Counted from the stretch's first letter, positions 37,164 to 48,267 are shown. The stretch is 64,000 bases of DNA from Spirochaetota bacterium (GCA_043803405.1 JAZDKB010000013.1:24658-88657), one strand, 5' to 3'. Made by a program: numbers and translations. Notes: generated from the letters alone by a model not told the origin.

Positions 37164-38453
37164 CTAGTGCTTAAACGCCCTCTGGCCAGTGTAGACCATA
37201 GCTACTTTCGGATTTGTTTCATTGCACGCTTCTATGGATTCAAAATCGCGTTCCGAGCCTCCGGGCTGCACTATTGAAGTGACGCCCTGCCGTATACCGA
37301 CATCGACACCGTCCCTGAAAGGAAAAAACGCGTCGGATATCATTGCTGAGCCGATCAGGCCGCCGTTCTCGATCTTTGTTTTTTTATCGATCTCAATAAC
37401 ATCAGACTTCTTTTTTTCCCCTTTCTGCACCGCAAGTTCAAGTTCCTTGTATGAGATGCGGAATTTATCCCAGCAAAGAAGATCTGCGTACTTTGTGTAA
37501 GCCTTATATATTGCAATCTCGGCAACACCAACCCTGTCCTGCTCGCCTGTGCCAATGCCTACGGTCACTCCGTCTTTAACATAGAGCACTGAATTTGAAC
37601 TGACTCCCTGCTCAACAAACCATCCGAAAAGCAGGTCATCGTATTCCTTGTCGCTTGGGAGCCTTCCGATTTTATAGGTTTTGCCTTTGTATTCTGCCTC
37701 TGCAGGCTTCAGATCATCCTTGCTTTTTACAATATTAAGCGGAGACTGCTGTACAATTATTCCTCCGTCCATGAGCGATTTAAAATCTATAAAACGTATA
37801 TCTTTATATTTTTCAAGACTGTCTATTCTTTCAATTTTGACAATTCTGAGGTTCTTTTTTGTTTTCAGAATTTCAAGCGCTCCACCAGTATAGTCCGGTG
37901 CCACAACCACTTCAAGGTAAAGCTCGGACATAAGCTCTGCAGTCTCTTTGTCAACAGCGCGGTTCAAAGCTGCGCATCCTCCGAATGCGGCAATCCTGTC
38001 CGCTCTGAAAGCACGGCTGTATGCATCGGCTATCGTGGAACCGTAAGCCACGCCGCTCGGGTTATTGTGCTTAACAATAACAGCAGCCGGTTTGTTCATA
38101 AGATATTTTAAAATATTCAGCGCATTGTCAATATCAGTAAGATTGATTTTACCCGGATGTTTGCCGAACTGCACCATCATGCTTTCATCTATGCCGCTCG
38201 AAAGGGAATTGCCCGGATCAATGAATTTGCAGTTTCCAAGCGTAAGGTTTCCTTCTACAAGCTCGTACATTGCTGCTTCCTGTCCGGGATTTTCGCCGTA
38301 GCGCAATCCCTTTTCAATAGTGGTTCCGTTTTCCTCAATGAGCCAGGACCTCTTTTTATATTTTAACGTTCTGTCTCCGAATGTGATTGTCATGGACTGC
38401 GGAAAATGATCGTCCATGATTGTTTTGTATGCTTTTTTTAGATTGTCTGCCAT
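37164..38453 (-). CDS. purH: PurH-like AICAR transformylase lacking the N-terminal MGS/IMPCH domain
   Basis: LRYGENPGQ, KHNNP, AFGG, SDAFFPFRDG, QPGGS, R.FKH. Confidence 0.85.
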   Translation of the reverse strand: MADNLKKAYKTIMDDHFPQSMTITFGDRTLKYKKRSWLIEENGTTIEKGLRYGENPGQEAAMYELVEGNLTLGNCKFIDPGNSLSSGIDESMMVQFGKHPGKINLTDIDNALNILKYLMNKPAAVIVKHNNPSGVAYGSTIADAYSRAFRADRIAAFGGCAALNRAVDKETAELMSELYLEVVVAPDYTGGALEILKTKKNLRIVKIERIDSLEKYKDIRFIDFKSLMDGGIIVQQSPLNIVKSKDDLKPAEAEYKGKTYKIGRLPSDKEYDDLLFGWFVEQGVSSNSVLYVKDGVTVGIGTGEQDRVGVAEIAIYKAYTKYADLLCWDKFRISYKELELAVQKGEKKKSDVIEIDKKTKIENGGLIGSAMISDAFFPFRDGVDVGIRQGVTSIVQPGGSERDFESIEACNETNPKVAMVYTGQRAFKH

Positions 38454-38494
38454 GTACTTTACTCCCTGATTATAGGATACCTTATATGTTTGTG

Positions 38495-39244
38495 CTACTT
38501 ACCGGCTTCTTCCTTATGTAATTCTTCACGCAATTTCAAAATACGGTTCCTTAGTTCATCCATTAAATCAGCAGCTTTATTCGGCTGATATTTTACAGTA
38601 TCAATCTCTTTACCTATCCTGGCATATACTTTACAGGGATTTATCAATAAAGATCCGCGCTTCATTGCATCGTTAGTGCCTTTTATATAAATCGGCACAA
38701 TTGGCACCCCGGTTTTAAGGCACAGGCGGAACAATAACTTTTTAAAAGGCTGAAGCTCTCCGTCCATACTTCTGGTGCCTTCCGGAAATATCACTATTCT
38801 GGTTCCGCCGCGGACTTTTTTCACTGCCGAGTTCAGGCTCTCGATAACCTTTCTTCCCTCTCCTTCCTCAACAGGAATGAATTTATTCGCCCTCATAAGC
38901 CAGCCGAGAAACGGGAGCTTAAACAGTCTTTTCCTTGCCAGCCAGCCGACCTGCACAGGAATTATGGAATAGAGCAGCGGAACATCAAGATTGCTCAGAT
39001 GATTCGCTGCAAAAACCTGCGTTCTGGATTTATCAATATTTTCAATTCCCTTGCAAGTTACTTTTACCCCGGCAAAAAATAATATAAGCCTGCCGCCCAT
39101 TTTTGCGAATAAATGCCCAAAATATCCGGAACGGTCAATAATTGCAGATGGTATTGACAGAACAGCAGACAGGGCTATGGAAAACAAAATTCCTGTTATG
39201 CGAACAGCAGAAGTAAGCCTGAGAAATATCAGATTCATTAACAA
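38495..39244 (-). CDS. plsC: 1-acyl-sn-glycerol-3-phosphate acyltransferase
   Basis: NHLSNLD, FPEGTRS, PIVP. Confidence 0.9.
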   Translation of the reverse strand: MLMNLIFLRLTSAVRITGILFSIALSAVLSIPSAIIDRSGYFGHLFAKMGGRLILFFAGVKVTCKGIENIDKSRTQVFAANHLSNLDVPLLYSIIPVQVGWLARKRLFKLPFLGWLMRANKFIPVEEGEGRKVIESLNSAVKKVRGGTRIVIFPEGTRSMDGELQPFKKLLFRLCLKTGVPIVPIYIKGTNDAMKRGSLLINPCKVYARIGKEIDTVKYQPNKAADLMDELRNRILKLREELHKEEAGK

Positions 39245-39500
39245 ACACTCTCCGTGAAAACCAGTGTTTTGTTAAAAACACATTAAAGTTGATTCTGTCA
39301 ATTATTATTTAGAACAGGAATCCCGTCAGTTTGTTTTTCATAAAATAAATATTTTAAAATTGACAAACCTTATATAATAGAAGCTTTTTAATGACTATAT
39401 CATACGACTTAATACATTTATCTGGTATAAAAAAAATTTGACATGAATAAAGAATAAAATTTAATGGTATTATAATTATTTAAAATATGAGGAGGTTGTT

Positions 39501-41645
39501 ATGGATTTTGCCGGACTGTATGATTTGCCGCGGAATTTGATCACAAGAGAATCTTTTTTCAATATCGGCGGGCCTCACGGCTTTATGCGGTGGGGGATAT
39601 ACCTGTTTTTCCTCGCTTCAGTAATCTATTTGGTTTATACTCTTTCAAAAAAAATAAAAATCTGGAAAAAAGGGCAAAAAGAACTTAGAACCGATTTAAT
39701 CGGTAAAAGAATAATGATGGTTGTAAAATATGTTGGTTTTCAGGCAAAGATATTAAAAGAAGCCTATGCAGGGATAATGCATGCTGCTATTTTCTTTGCC
39801 TTCCTTGGACTTGTTGCAGTAACGCTTTTAATTATGATCCAGGACGACTTTACCGAACTATTTTTCCATTATAAGTTCCTGGACGGCAACGCATACCTGA
39901 TATGGTCGCTGTTTGCGGATCTGTGCGGCATAACGGTATTATTCGGATTATTCCTCGCAATAATAAGAAGATACGTAACCAAGCCGAGCAGGCTGGACAC
40001 AAAGCCTACGGACACTCTGGCTTTGATGATCCTCGTAGCAATAATAATCACAGGATTTTTAACAGAAGCTCTTAGAATCACAATGTCGGGATATCCGAAT
40101 TTCGAAGTATGGTCGCCGTTCGGCTACGGGCTTGCTTTGGCATTCGGCGGATTTGACGTACCGACTCTTTCGGTTTTCCATAAAATAAGCTGGTGGATAC
40201 ATATCCTGGTTTCCTTCTCATTCATCTCACTGCTCGCTACGGATAAACTGGGACATATTATAATTTCAACCCTCAATATATTCTTCATGAATCTCAAAAA
40301 TGAAGATCCGAAAACAAAATATGCTTTGAACATTATTCCTCCCAAGGATTTCGAAACTGCAGAGACATTCGGCGTAAGCAGTGTTGAACAGTTCACATGG
40401 AAACAGCTTATGAACGGGGACGCCTGCACAAGATGCGGCAGATGCCAGGATAACTGCCCGGCATATTTGACCGAAAAACCGTTATCCCCTAAAAAAATCA
40501 TCAATGATATTAAAGATAATAAAGATGAAAGGATCGCAAAAATACTGGCAGCAGAAGCAGTACTTGAAGATAAATCAACGCTCGATTTGACTGCGATCGA
40601 ATCTAAAGTTTTAATAGGCGAATCGATTTTGCCGGATGAAATATGGTCGTGCACAAACTGCGCTGCATGCGTTGAAAACTGCCCTGTTATGATTGAACAT
40701 GTTGATGCGATAAATTCCATGAGAAGGTCACAGGTACTTATGGAAGGCAAAATGGCTACTGAACTTCAGACCGCGTTCGGAAACATGGAAAACAACTCCA
40801 ATCCTTACGGATTCGGCTTTGCAACAAGAGGAGACTGGGTACAGGCAGATTTACAGTTAAAAACGCTGGCTGAAGATCCGGCTGTGGATTATCTCTACTT
40901 TGTTGGCTGCGCGGCCTCGTTCGACAAGAGAAATCAGAAAGTCGCCATAGCGCTGGTAAAAGTACTGCAAAAAGCAGGGCTCAAGATCGGCATACTGGGT
41001 TCGGAAGAAGCATGCTGCGGAGATTCGGCTCTCAGAGCAGGAAACGAGTATCTTTTCCACGCTCTCGCAACACAGAACCTGGAAACATTCAAGACTTACG
41101 GCATAAGAAAGATCATTACTTCATGTCCTCACGGCTATAACGTGCTGAAAAAGGAATATCCTTTGCTTGCGGCAGCAGGAGTAGATTCCAGCGGCAACCC
41201 GCTTGAATGTAATTATGAAGTTTATCATCATTCGGAAATAATTTCGGACCTGCTTAAAAACGGCCGCATTAAAATCAAGGATACAATGAAGGAAAAATTC
41301 ACATATCATGATTCATGTATGCTTGGCAGATACAATGAGATTTACGATCAGCCGAGAAGCATAATAAAAGCCATACCCGGAGCCGATTTTGTGGAAATGA
41401 GCAGGCACCACGGAAAAAGCTTCTGCTGCGGCGCAGGCGGAGCAAGAATGTGGCTGGAAGAGAAACTTGGCACAAGGGTCAACCAGTTCAGAACCAAGGA
41501 CGCTTACAGCACAGGAGCAAGCAAAGTTTGCACAGCATGTCCTTTCTGTATGACAATGCTTTCGGACGGAGCAAACGAGCTCGATCTTAAAAATATTGAA
41601 ACTTATGACCTTGCAGAGATTGTTTATCAGACAATGGAAAAATAA
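39501..41645 (+). CDS. Membrane-bound heterodisulfide-reductase-like Fe-S oxidoreductase (NarI-like plus HdrD/FadF-like)
   Basis: TM region with His ligands, CTRCGRC, CTNCAAC, CCG twice. Confidence 0.9.
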   Translation: MDFAGLYDLPRNLITRESFFNIGGPHGFMRWGIYLFFLASVIYLVYTLSKKIKIWKKGQKELRTDLIGKRIMMVVKYVGFQAKILKEAYAGIMHAAIFFAFLGLVAVTLLIMIQDDFTELFFHYKFLDGNAYLIWSLFADLCGITVLFGLFLAIIRRYVTKPSRLDTKPTDTLALMILVAIIITGFLTEALRITMSGYPNFEVWSPFGYGLALAFGGFDVPTLSVFHKISWWIHILVSFSFISLLATDKLGHIIISTLNIFFMNLKNEDPKTKYALNIIPPKDFETAETFGVSSVEQFTWKQLMNGDACTRCGRCQDNCPAYLTEKPLSPKKIINDIKDNKDERIAKILAAEAVLEDKSTLDLTAIESKVLIGESILPDEIWSCTNCAACVENCPVMIEHVDAINSMRRSQVLMEGKMATELQTAFGNMENNSNPYGFGFATRGDWVQADLQLKTLAEDPAVDYLYFVGCAASFDKRNQKVAIALVKVLQKAGLKIGILGSEEACCGDSALRAGNEYLFHALATQNLETFKTYGIRKIITSCPHGYNVLKKEYPLLAAAGVDSSGNPLECNYEVYHHSEIISDLLKNGRIKIKDTMKEKFTYHDSCMLGRYNEIYDQPRSIIKAIPGADFVEMSRHHGKSFCCGAGGARMWLEEKLGTRVNQFRTKDAYSTGASKVCTACPFCMTMLSDGANELDLKNIETYDLAEIVYQTMEK

Positions 41646-41653
41646 ATAAAATA

Positions 41654-42097
41654 ATGAAATATTGCCGCAAGATATTTTCATTACTGTTTTGTTTCTTCCT
41701 TGTTTCATCAAGCGCCTTTCCGGATATCGGCTATAACGACATATCCGGAAAATGGCGACTGATGTATAAAAACAACTGCGGCTACGAATTCCGCTTCAAC
41801 AGCAATTACAGGGCATTCTGTATTCTCTATTCCGGCGCAAACGCCATCATCTTTAAAGGCATCTTCGCTATTGAGAAAGACAGGCTCACGATAAATATCA
41901 ACGAAATGAAAACGGAAGAGAACTGGCGAAGAATAGATTTCTGGAATAAATTTTCCAAAACAGCCTCATCATATTTTGTTTTTAAAATTGAGCTTAATAA
42001 AAATAAAATCCTTACATTAACATCCATTAAAACAATAATTGACGGAAACGACTCCAAAGGCTATTTTGAGCCAGAAATAAGCCTTTCAAGATATTAA
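41654..42097 (+). CDS. Hypothetical secreted protein
   Basis: Signal peptide, ISGKW lipocalin-like start. Confidence 0.65.
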   Translation: MKYCRKIFSLLFCFFLVSSSAFPDIGYNDISGKWRLMYKNNCGYEFRFNSNYRAFCILYSGANAIIFKGIFAIEKDRLTININEMKTEENWRRIDFWNKFSKTASSYFVFKIELNKNKILTLTSIKTIIDGNDSKGYFEPEISLSRY

Positions 42098-42136
42098 TAA
42101 TAATCTTACATAAATAATTATTTTCTTCATAATTTT

Positions 42137-42880
42137 ATGAAAACAGAAAAAGTATTTTTTAAAAACAACAAAGCGCAAAGAATCGTTGGCAAAATATACA
42201 GGCAGGACGATTTGTCGCCGGACGGTGTTATTTTCTGCCACGGTTTGTTTTCCACAAAAGACGGGTACAAGATCACCCATCTGGCTGAAGATATTGTCAA
42301 CGCAGGTTATACTTTGCTGGCATTCGATTTTTCTTTTGTGGGAGAATCCGAAGGAAACATATCCGAGCTTTCAGTGCTTCAGGAACTTGAAGATTTAAGA
42401 TACGCTTTTTTATTCTTCCGCGATTACGGCATTAAAAAAATACACCTTGTAGGCTCAAGTATGGGAGGCCTTGTATCCCTGATTTTTTCATCTATTCTGG
42501 GGGACAGAATCAGCTCGCAGACGCTTATTGCTGCGCCTGTGCTGTTGCGTGAAATTATGCATCAAATGGCCCAGAAAGATATCGATTCACTGCCGGAAGA
42601 TGGGTTTACTGTTGTTGACGGGATTCAAATCAATAATAAATTTTTTAAAGAATACGATAAAATAGATATTGGTTTGCTGATGAATCATCTGACTGTTCCG
42701 ACTCTTGTTATACATGGCGGGAAAGATGCTGTTGTTCCTGTAAACAACGCGTCCGTGCTAATGAAAAGCATTCAATGCAAAAAACGGCTGGTGTTAATAG
42801 AAGACGGGGATCACAATTTAAGCAGGGATTCCGATTTAATAATATTGCGGGATAATATTATCGAATGGCTGAAGTCGTAG
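42137..42880 (+). CDS. Alpha/beta hydrolase
   Basis: CHG, GSSMGG, HGGKDAVVP, GDH. Confidence 0.88.
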   Translation: MKTEKVFFKNNKAQRIVGKIYRQDDLSPDGVIFCHGLFSTKDGYKITHLAEDIVNAGYTLLAFDFSFVGESEGNISELSVLQELEDLRYAFLFFRDYGIKKIHLVGSSMGGLVSLIFSSILGDRISSQTLIAAPVLLREIMHQMAQKDIDSLPEDGFTVVDGIQINNKFFKEYDKIDIGLLMNHLTVPTLVIHGGKDAVVPVNNASVLMKSIQCKKRLVLIEDGDHNLSRDSDLIILRDNIIEWLKS

Positions 42881-42883
42881 CTT

Positions 42884-44701
42884 CTATACGTCTCCTTCTT
42901 CCTCAATCTTGGCAAAATCTTCAAATCCGATATCCAGTCCAAGTATGCCGATTATTTTGCCTTCTTCGTCAGTCAAAGGGCCAGATACTGTTATCATTAA
43001 TTTGCCGGTAATTTTTGAAGTAAAAATATTGGAAACATAGATATCGCCAGTTTCCATTACATTGATGAACCAGTCCCTGTCTGAATAATCCGTATCGATA
43101 AGCTCTTTGTTGTATTTTGACTTGTCTGTAATCTGTGTAATATTTTTTGTGATCTTTTTCCCTTCAGGATTTACCACATAGGCAAACCTGATGAACGGAT
43201 CTTTATCTATAAGCTCCTGCAGAATACTTTCCTGCCTGTCGTGAACCATTGATAGAATATCCGGATGTTCGAGGTATTTCTCCAGAAGCGCAGCAGCGAA
43301 TTTGTTTTCGCGGCTTTTAATCCTGTCAAAGTCGGAAACAAAGTAAGCAGGCAGATGTTTCCTTGCCAGTTTTTCCAGCTCTTCATTGGACATGGAAGTA
43401 GATCTGCCGTTATCGTACTGCTTTATTATTTCCCTGTGCATCCTTGCAACGCCCGGATCCTTTTTCTGAATAGCCTGATCCCCCGTAAGCCCGAGATGGC
43501 TGTTCAGCCACTTGGCAATGCCTGCTGTGCCGCTCTTGTCCGCAATCGATATGCCAAGCGGCCTTTTAAGCAGTTTTTCAGTGTTGAAAATATTGTATAT
43601 CTCTTCGTTTTTAATCAGTCCGTCAACGTGAATACCTGCCCTTGTCACATTGAAATCCGCGCCTACAAAAGGATAATTAGCGGGTATTTCAAAACCGATG
43701 GACTCCATGTAATGCGCCATGTCGGTAATGGCAGTCAGGTCTATGCCTTCGTCATCGCCGGTAAGCGCGACATATTCAATGACCATAGCCTCGAGCGGTG
43801 TGTTGCCAGTGCGCTCCCCGAATCCAAGCAGAGTCGAATCAACAGTTTCACATCCGTACAGCCATGCGTACGAAGCGTTTGTAAATCCCCTGTGAAAATC
43901 GTTGTGGCCGTGCCATTGCAGATTCCCGCCGCTCATGCCCGCATCGTCGATGAGCGCCCGTATTAACCTCGGAACCGATCTCGGCAAAGCTGCCATCGGG
44001 TACGTTACGCCGTACCCCATTGTGTCGCAAAGCCTTATCTTTATCTGCTTTTTGGAATCCTCGGAAATCCTTACAAGCTGCTGAACAAACGGCACTACAA
44101 ACCCGTATATATCAGCCCTTGTAATATCCTCAAAATGCAGTCTTGGTATAATATTTTCTTCAAGAGCGGCATAAACTATTTTTAAATATTCTTCAGCGGC
44201 CTCTGTCCTGGTTTTGTTCAGCTTTAAGTAAATCTGATAATCCGATACGGATGTAAGAATACCGGTCTCGTCAAGGCCGGTCTGTTTAACAATTTCAAAA
44301 TCCTTAATATTTGCCCTTATCCAGCTTGTGATCCTGGGATATTTATATGCTTTTGCTCTGCATTCTTCCACTGCTTCCCTGTCTTTATCCGTATATATAA
44401 AAAATTCACATTGTGATATCAGCCCCTGCGGGCCGGAAAGCCTGTTAAGATAATCGAATATTGTGCTTATCTGCTCAACCGTGTAAGGCGGTCTTGCCTG
44501 CTGGCCGTCCCTGAAAGTAGTATCGCAAATACGGAATTTTTCCGCAGGAATTATCGGAAGTATAGTATTGTCGAAGGGAATCATGCATACTTTATCATAA
44601 GGAAATACTTCGCGGTAAAGATTCGGCTCTTCCGGATTTACAATATCGTATTTCTTTCTGATCTTTGCGAATTCAGGGACTTCTTTTTTCTTAAGTATCA
44701 T
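42884..44701 (-). CDS. DRE-TIM metallolyase (Re-citrate synthase-like) with C-terminal Cache/PDC-like domain
   Basis: DTTFRDGQQ, HGHND, GFGERTGN; C-terminal DYSDRDWF..SKITG..ITVS..GILGLD. Confidence 0.8.
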   Translation of the reverse strand: MILKKKEVPEFAKIRKKYDIVNPEEPNLYREVFPYDKVCMIPFDNTILPIIPAEKFRICDTTFRDGQQARPPYTVEQISTIFDYLNRLSGPQGLISQCEFFIYTDKDREAVEECRAKAYKYPRITSWIRANIKDFEIVKQTGLDETGILTSVSDYQIYLKLNKTRTEAAEEYLKIVYAALEENIIPRLHFEDITRADIYGFVVPFVQQLVRISEDSKKQIKIRLCDTMGYGVTYPMAALPRSVPRLIRALIDDAGMSGGNLQWHGHNDFHRGFTNASYAWLYGCETVDSTLLGFGERTGNTPLEAMVIEYVALTGDDEGIDLTAITDMAHYMESIGFEIPANYPFVGADFNVTRAGIHVDGLIKNEEIYNIFNTEKLLKRPLGISIADKSGTAGIAKWLNSHLGLTGDQAIQKKDPGVARMHREIIKQYDNGRSTSMSNEELEKLARKHLPAYFVSDFDRIKSRENKFAAALLEKYLEHPDILSMVHDRQESILQELIDKDPFIRFAYVVNPEGKKITKNITQITDKSKYNKELIDTDYSDRDWFINVMETGDIYVSNIFTSKITGKLMITVSGPLTDEEGKIIGILGLDIGFEDFAKIEEEGDV

Positions 44702-44880
44702 ATCTTGTTTTTTAAAATAGTATTAATTTATAAAAAAATATTTTATAAGATATTAATATAAATATTAAGCTGTTAAGAAATGCTTGAATTCAGGATTTTA
44801 TATGTCAATGATTATACGCTGACAAATATGTCGAGTAAGTAAATTATAATACAAAAAAGCAAAAATAAAAATTATTTTCG

Positions 44881-45465
44881 CTAACTTGACAGATTTTTTA
44901 AAGCGTTTTTAATTAATGCTTCAATCGGGATGTCGTTGAATTTTTCGATTATTTCGTTAACGGATTTTAATGCCTTTGATTCATCGAATCCAAGGGAAAC
45001 AAGGGCTTCAACAGCATCGCTTCGCACTGAAGAATTCTTTGATGCAGGAACAGACAGGTTATCCAGTTTGCGGATCTTTCTTTTTAATTCAAATACCAGT
45101 TTCTCGGCTTTGCTTTTACCGATACCCGGTATCTTTGTTAAAATCATTATATTATCATTCTGCACTGCTTCAATTAAGCTTGCGCTTTCAATCCCTGACA
45201 GAACGGAAAGCGCAATAGAAGGGCCTATGCCGCTAACGCTTATTAAAATGCTGAAAAGATGTTTCTCGCTTTCGGAATAGAAACCGAATAATTTAAACTG
45301 GTCTTCTTTATGCAGTGTATAAATAAAAAGCTCTGCTTCGTTATTGCCCTGTATTTTTTCGTAAGTTGTAAATGGGATGAATACCTGGTACCCGACTCCG
45401 TTAACATCGAGGATTAATTCCGTAGGTTTAAGTTCGTCAATTTTTCCTTTAAGTTTTGCGATCAT
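44881..45465 (-). CDS. ruvA: Holliday junction branch migration protein RuvA
   Basis: DVNGVGY, VSGIGP, IPGIGK, ALVSLGF. Confidence 0.95.
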   Translation of the reverse strand: MIAKLKGKIDELKPTELILDVNGVGYQVFIPFTTYEKIQGNNEAELFIYTLHKEDQFKLFGFYSESEKHLFSILISVSGIGPSIALSVLSGIESASLIEAVQNDNIMILTKIPGIGKSKAEKLVFELKRKIRKLDNLSVPASKNSSVRSDAVEALVSLGFDESKALKSVNEIIEKFNDIPIEALIKNALKNLSS

Positions 45466-45943
45466 TTGATTTAATTCTTACGCTCTTCATATTTAAAAAA
45501 TGACATGCTGCGATAGCAAGCGCGTCCGCAACATCGTCCGGACGGGGAAGTTCTTTCAGCTTGTAAATTTTCATTATTATATTCTGAATCTGGCCTTTGG
45601 CAGCCCTGCCGTAGCCGGTTATTGCAGCTTTTACCTGCAATGGAGTGTATTCACTGTAACTCAATTCGTGAATCTTCGCCGTAAGTAAAATTACGCCAAT
45701 GCATTTTGCAACATCAATCGCAGTTTTTGTGTTTTTTGCAAAGAACAGTTTTTCTATTGCCAGGCAGTCGGGCTTGTGGGATTCAATAATCTGATTTAAT
45801 TGCCGGTGAATAATAAAAAGCCTTTCGTCTATTTCCAGACTGCGGTCTGTTTCAATTGATCCGTAACCGATTATATTAAGGCTTCCTTCAATGATTGCCC
45901 AGCCCAGAGTAGCATAGCCGGGATCAATGCTTAAAATCCTCAC
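45449..45943 (-). CDS. ruvC: Crossover junction endodeoxyribonuclease RuvC
   Basis: SIDPG, IEKLFF, GYGRA.K, DDVADALAIA. Confidence 0.95.
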   Translation of the reverse strand: MRILSIDPGYATLGWAIIEGSLNIIGYGSIETDRSLEIDERLFIIHRQLNQIIESHKPDCLAIEKLFFAKNTKTAIDVAKCIGVILLTAKIHELSYSEYTPLQVKAAITGYGRAAKGQIQNIIMKIYKLKELPRPDDVADALAIAACHFLNMKSVRIKSNDRKT

Positions 45944-46695
45944 TGGGCCTCGCTGATTTTGGCCATTATCTCATTGGAGATGTCGTAGTTCGAATAAACA
46001 TTCTGCACGTCATCATGGCTTTCAATTGCCTCAATGAGGTTAAGGCACTGCATCGCTTTCTTTTCGTCCAGCTTAACTGTTGTAGACGGTATCTGTGTTA
46101 TTTCGCCGAAACTTGTATTTAGATTCTTCTTTTTTATAAAATCGTAAATATCATTGAATTTTTCGGGTACGGTAAAAACAATAATATTGTTATCCTCTGT
46201 CTTAATATCCTCAACATCGTGATCTATCAACGCTTCCATCATTTCATCTTCCGTGGTTTGCCCGGCTTCGATTACTATCATTCCTTTCCTTTCGAATAGA
46301 TACGAAACGCTGCCGGATTCCGCCAGGTTTCCGCCTGCTTTCGACAGCAGAGTCCTGATTTCAGGGGTTGTTCTTTTTTTATTGTCCGTAACGCAGTCAA
46401 TCAGCAACGCAACACCGCCCGGGCCGTATCCTTCGTATCTTACTTCTTCGTAAGTTATGCCCTCAAGTGCGCCGGTACCTTTTTTAATCGCCCTGTCAAT
46501 ATTATCGTTAGGCATATTGTTTTCTTTGGCTTTTAGAACCGCAGTACGCAGCCGGGGATTCGCGTTGATATCTTCACCGCCGGACTTTGCCGCCATTGTT
46601 ATTTCTTTTATCAGCTTGGAAAATAGAACGCCTTTCTTAGCGTCCGCAGCTCCCTTTTTTCTTTTAATTGTTGACCATTTGGAATGACCTGACAT
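45940..46695 (-). CDS. yebC: YebC/PmpR family protein
   Basis: MSGHSKW, YEGYGPGG, DDVQNVYSN. Confidence 0.95.
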   Translation of the reverse strand: MSGHSKWSTIKRKKGAADAKKGVLFSKLIKEITMAAKSGGEDINANPRLRTAVLKAKENNMPNDNIDRAIKKGTGALEGITYEEVRYEGYGPGGVALLIDCVTDNKKRTTPEIRTLLSKAGGNLAESGSVSYLFERKGMIVIEAGQTTEDEMMEALIDHDVEDIKTEDNNIIVFTVPEKFNDIYDFIKKKNLNTSFGEITQIPSTTVKLDEKKAMQCLNLIEAIESHDDVQNVYSNYDISNEIMAKISEAQ

Positions 46696-46779
46696 GTGAG
46701 AACCTCATATAATTTTTTCTGGATGTAATATAATTCTTATTTATATACGACAATCTGCGATCTGGTTTACCGCAATATG

Positions 46780-48096
46780 TTAATAACCCCTTTTAATTTT
46801 CAACTTTAATTTTTTTATCTTATCCCTTGCTTCATCTGAATTATAATTAAAAGATAATGCATCATTATAATACTGAACAGCTTCTTCCAGTTTATCTGTT
46901 CTCTCATACGAAAGAGCAATGTTCCACCTGATCTTGCCCTGGTTTAACTTGCCGAATTCGTAATTTTTTTCCCTGTTTGCGAATTCAAGCTTTCCTTTTT
47001 CTTTTTTTAAATTCTCGTATTTAGTATACCTTTCATGAAGCTTCTGCGTTTTCATCTCTGCAGCTGCAACGCGAAGCTCATTGTCCATTTTCGATATTTT
47101 ATTTTTATTCTCCAGGATGTCCGCGTTTATTTTATCATGATATTTTTTTGTTTCAAGATAAAATTGAATCGCCTTTTCGTATTCCAGATCATTCATGTAA
47201 ATATCCGCCTGATACTCGGCTGCCTTTGATCTTCTGAACAATTCGTTTTCCGGAAGATATTTTACTGATTTTTCGAAGCAGCTTAGCGCCAGCCTGTGAT
47301 CGCCCGTTCTTTTAAATGCCAGGTATCCGAGAGCAAAATTTACGTAGCCGTCATCGCTTTTCTTCTCAAGATATTTTTTATAGTATTTCGCGGTTTCAAG
47401 ATACTCACCCACATCTTCATAAAGATTACCCAAACTCAAAAAAAGAGCCGCGTCCGGAATATCGTCGCTTTTTGAGTCAATATATCTTTTTATATGATAT
47501 ATAGCTTTTTTTTTCTCATTAGTAGGCCCTAACGCTTTCCCCAGTTCCAGCGAATACTCAAATTTTAAATTATTCAGGGAATAAGCGGTTTCAAGGGATC
47601 TTGTATACGCGTTAAAATGATTCGACTTTTTATAAACCTGCGCGATCTCATAAAAAACGGCATCATCTTTTTGCCAGTTCACAGGATTATAACGAAGCGA
47701 TTCAAAGTAATGATTAAGCGAGGAGTCCCCGCTGCCCAGCTTAGAATAACACCTGCCGGCAAAAAGATGCAGGTTAAAAAGTTCTTTATTATCTTCGATA
47801 AAAAAGGATTCCGCTTTTCTGTTCCTGAACAGGTCATTAATATCTTTCCTGTCTTCCTCTTTCTTTACGAAAACGTAATCATTCGGAATCTTTTTATCGT
47901 AATTTTTTGCGCTATAAATAACAGCCAGTCTTTCTTTAATTATCTTCAGCGCACCGTCATAATCATTTTTGTCGTATAATGGAATATAATCGGCAGATCC
48001 GGTTTTTTCAACCGGCTTTTGTGCATGCAAAGCAGGTAAGTTAAAAAGAAAAATAATACTGCAGGAAATAATTACGGTAAATGATTTATAATTCAT
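46780..48096 (-). CDS. Secreted TPR-repeat protein
   Basis: Signal peptide, multiple TPR helices, coiled coil. Confidence 0.8.
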   Translation of the reverse strand: MNYKSFTVIISCSIIFLFNLPALHAQKPVEKTGSADYIPLYDKNDYDGALKIIKERLAVIYSAKNYDKKIPNDYVFVKKEEDRKDINDLFRNRKAESFFIEDNKELFNLHLFAGRCYSKLGSGDSSLNHYFESLRYNPVNWQKDDAVFYEIAQVYKKSNHFNAYTRSLETAYSLNNLKFEYSLELGKALGPTNEKKKAIYHIKRYIDSKSDDIPDAALFLSLGNLYEDVGEYLETAKYYKKYLEKKSDDGYVNFALGYLAFKRTGDHRLALSCFEKSVKYLPENELFRRSKAAEYQADIYMNDLEYEKAIQFYLETKKYHDKINADILENKNKISKMDNELRVAAAEMKTQKLHERYTKYENLKKEKGKLEFANREKNYEFGKLNQGKIRWNIALSYERTDKLEEAVQYYNDALSFNYNSDEARDKIKKLKLKIKRGY

Positions 48097-48267
48097 ATAA
48101 TATAATTATGATTTATAATTCCCCCTTCGGGAGTATGCCGGATTAGAGATTGCAATGTCCACTTTCTATATCCATTTATATATAACATAAAACCGGATAA
48201 GACATGAATTATAATATATTATCGGCCGGATATAAATAGTTTATTATTGAAATATTGTGAGGGAAAA

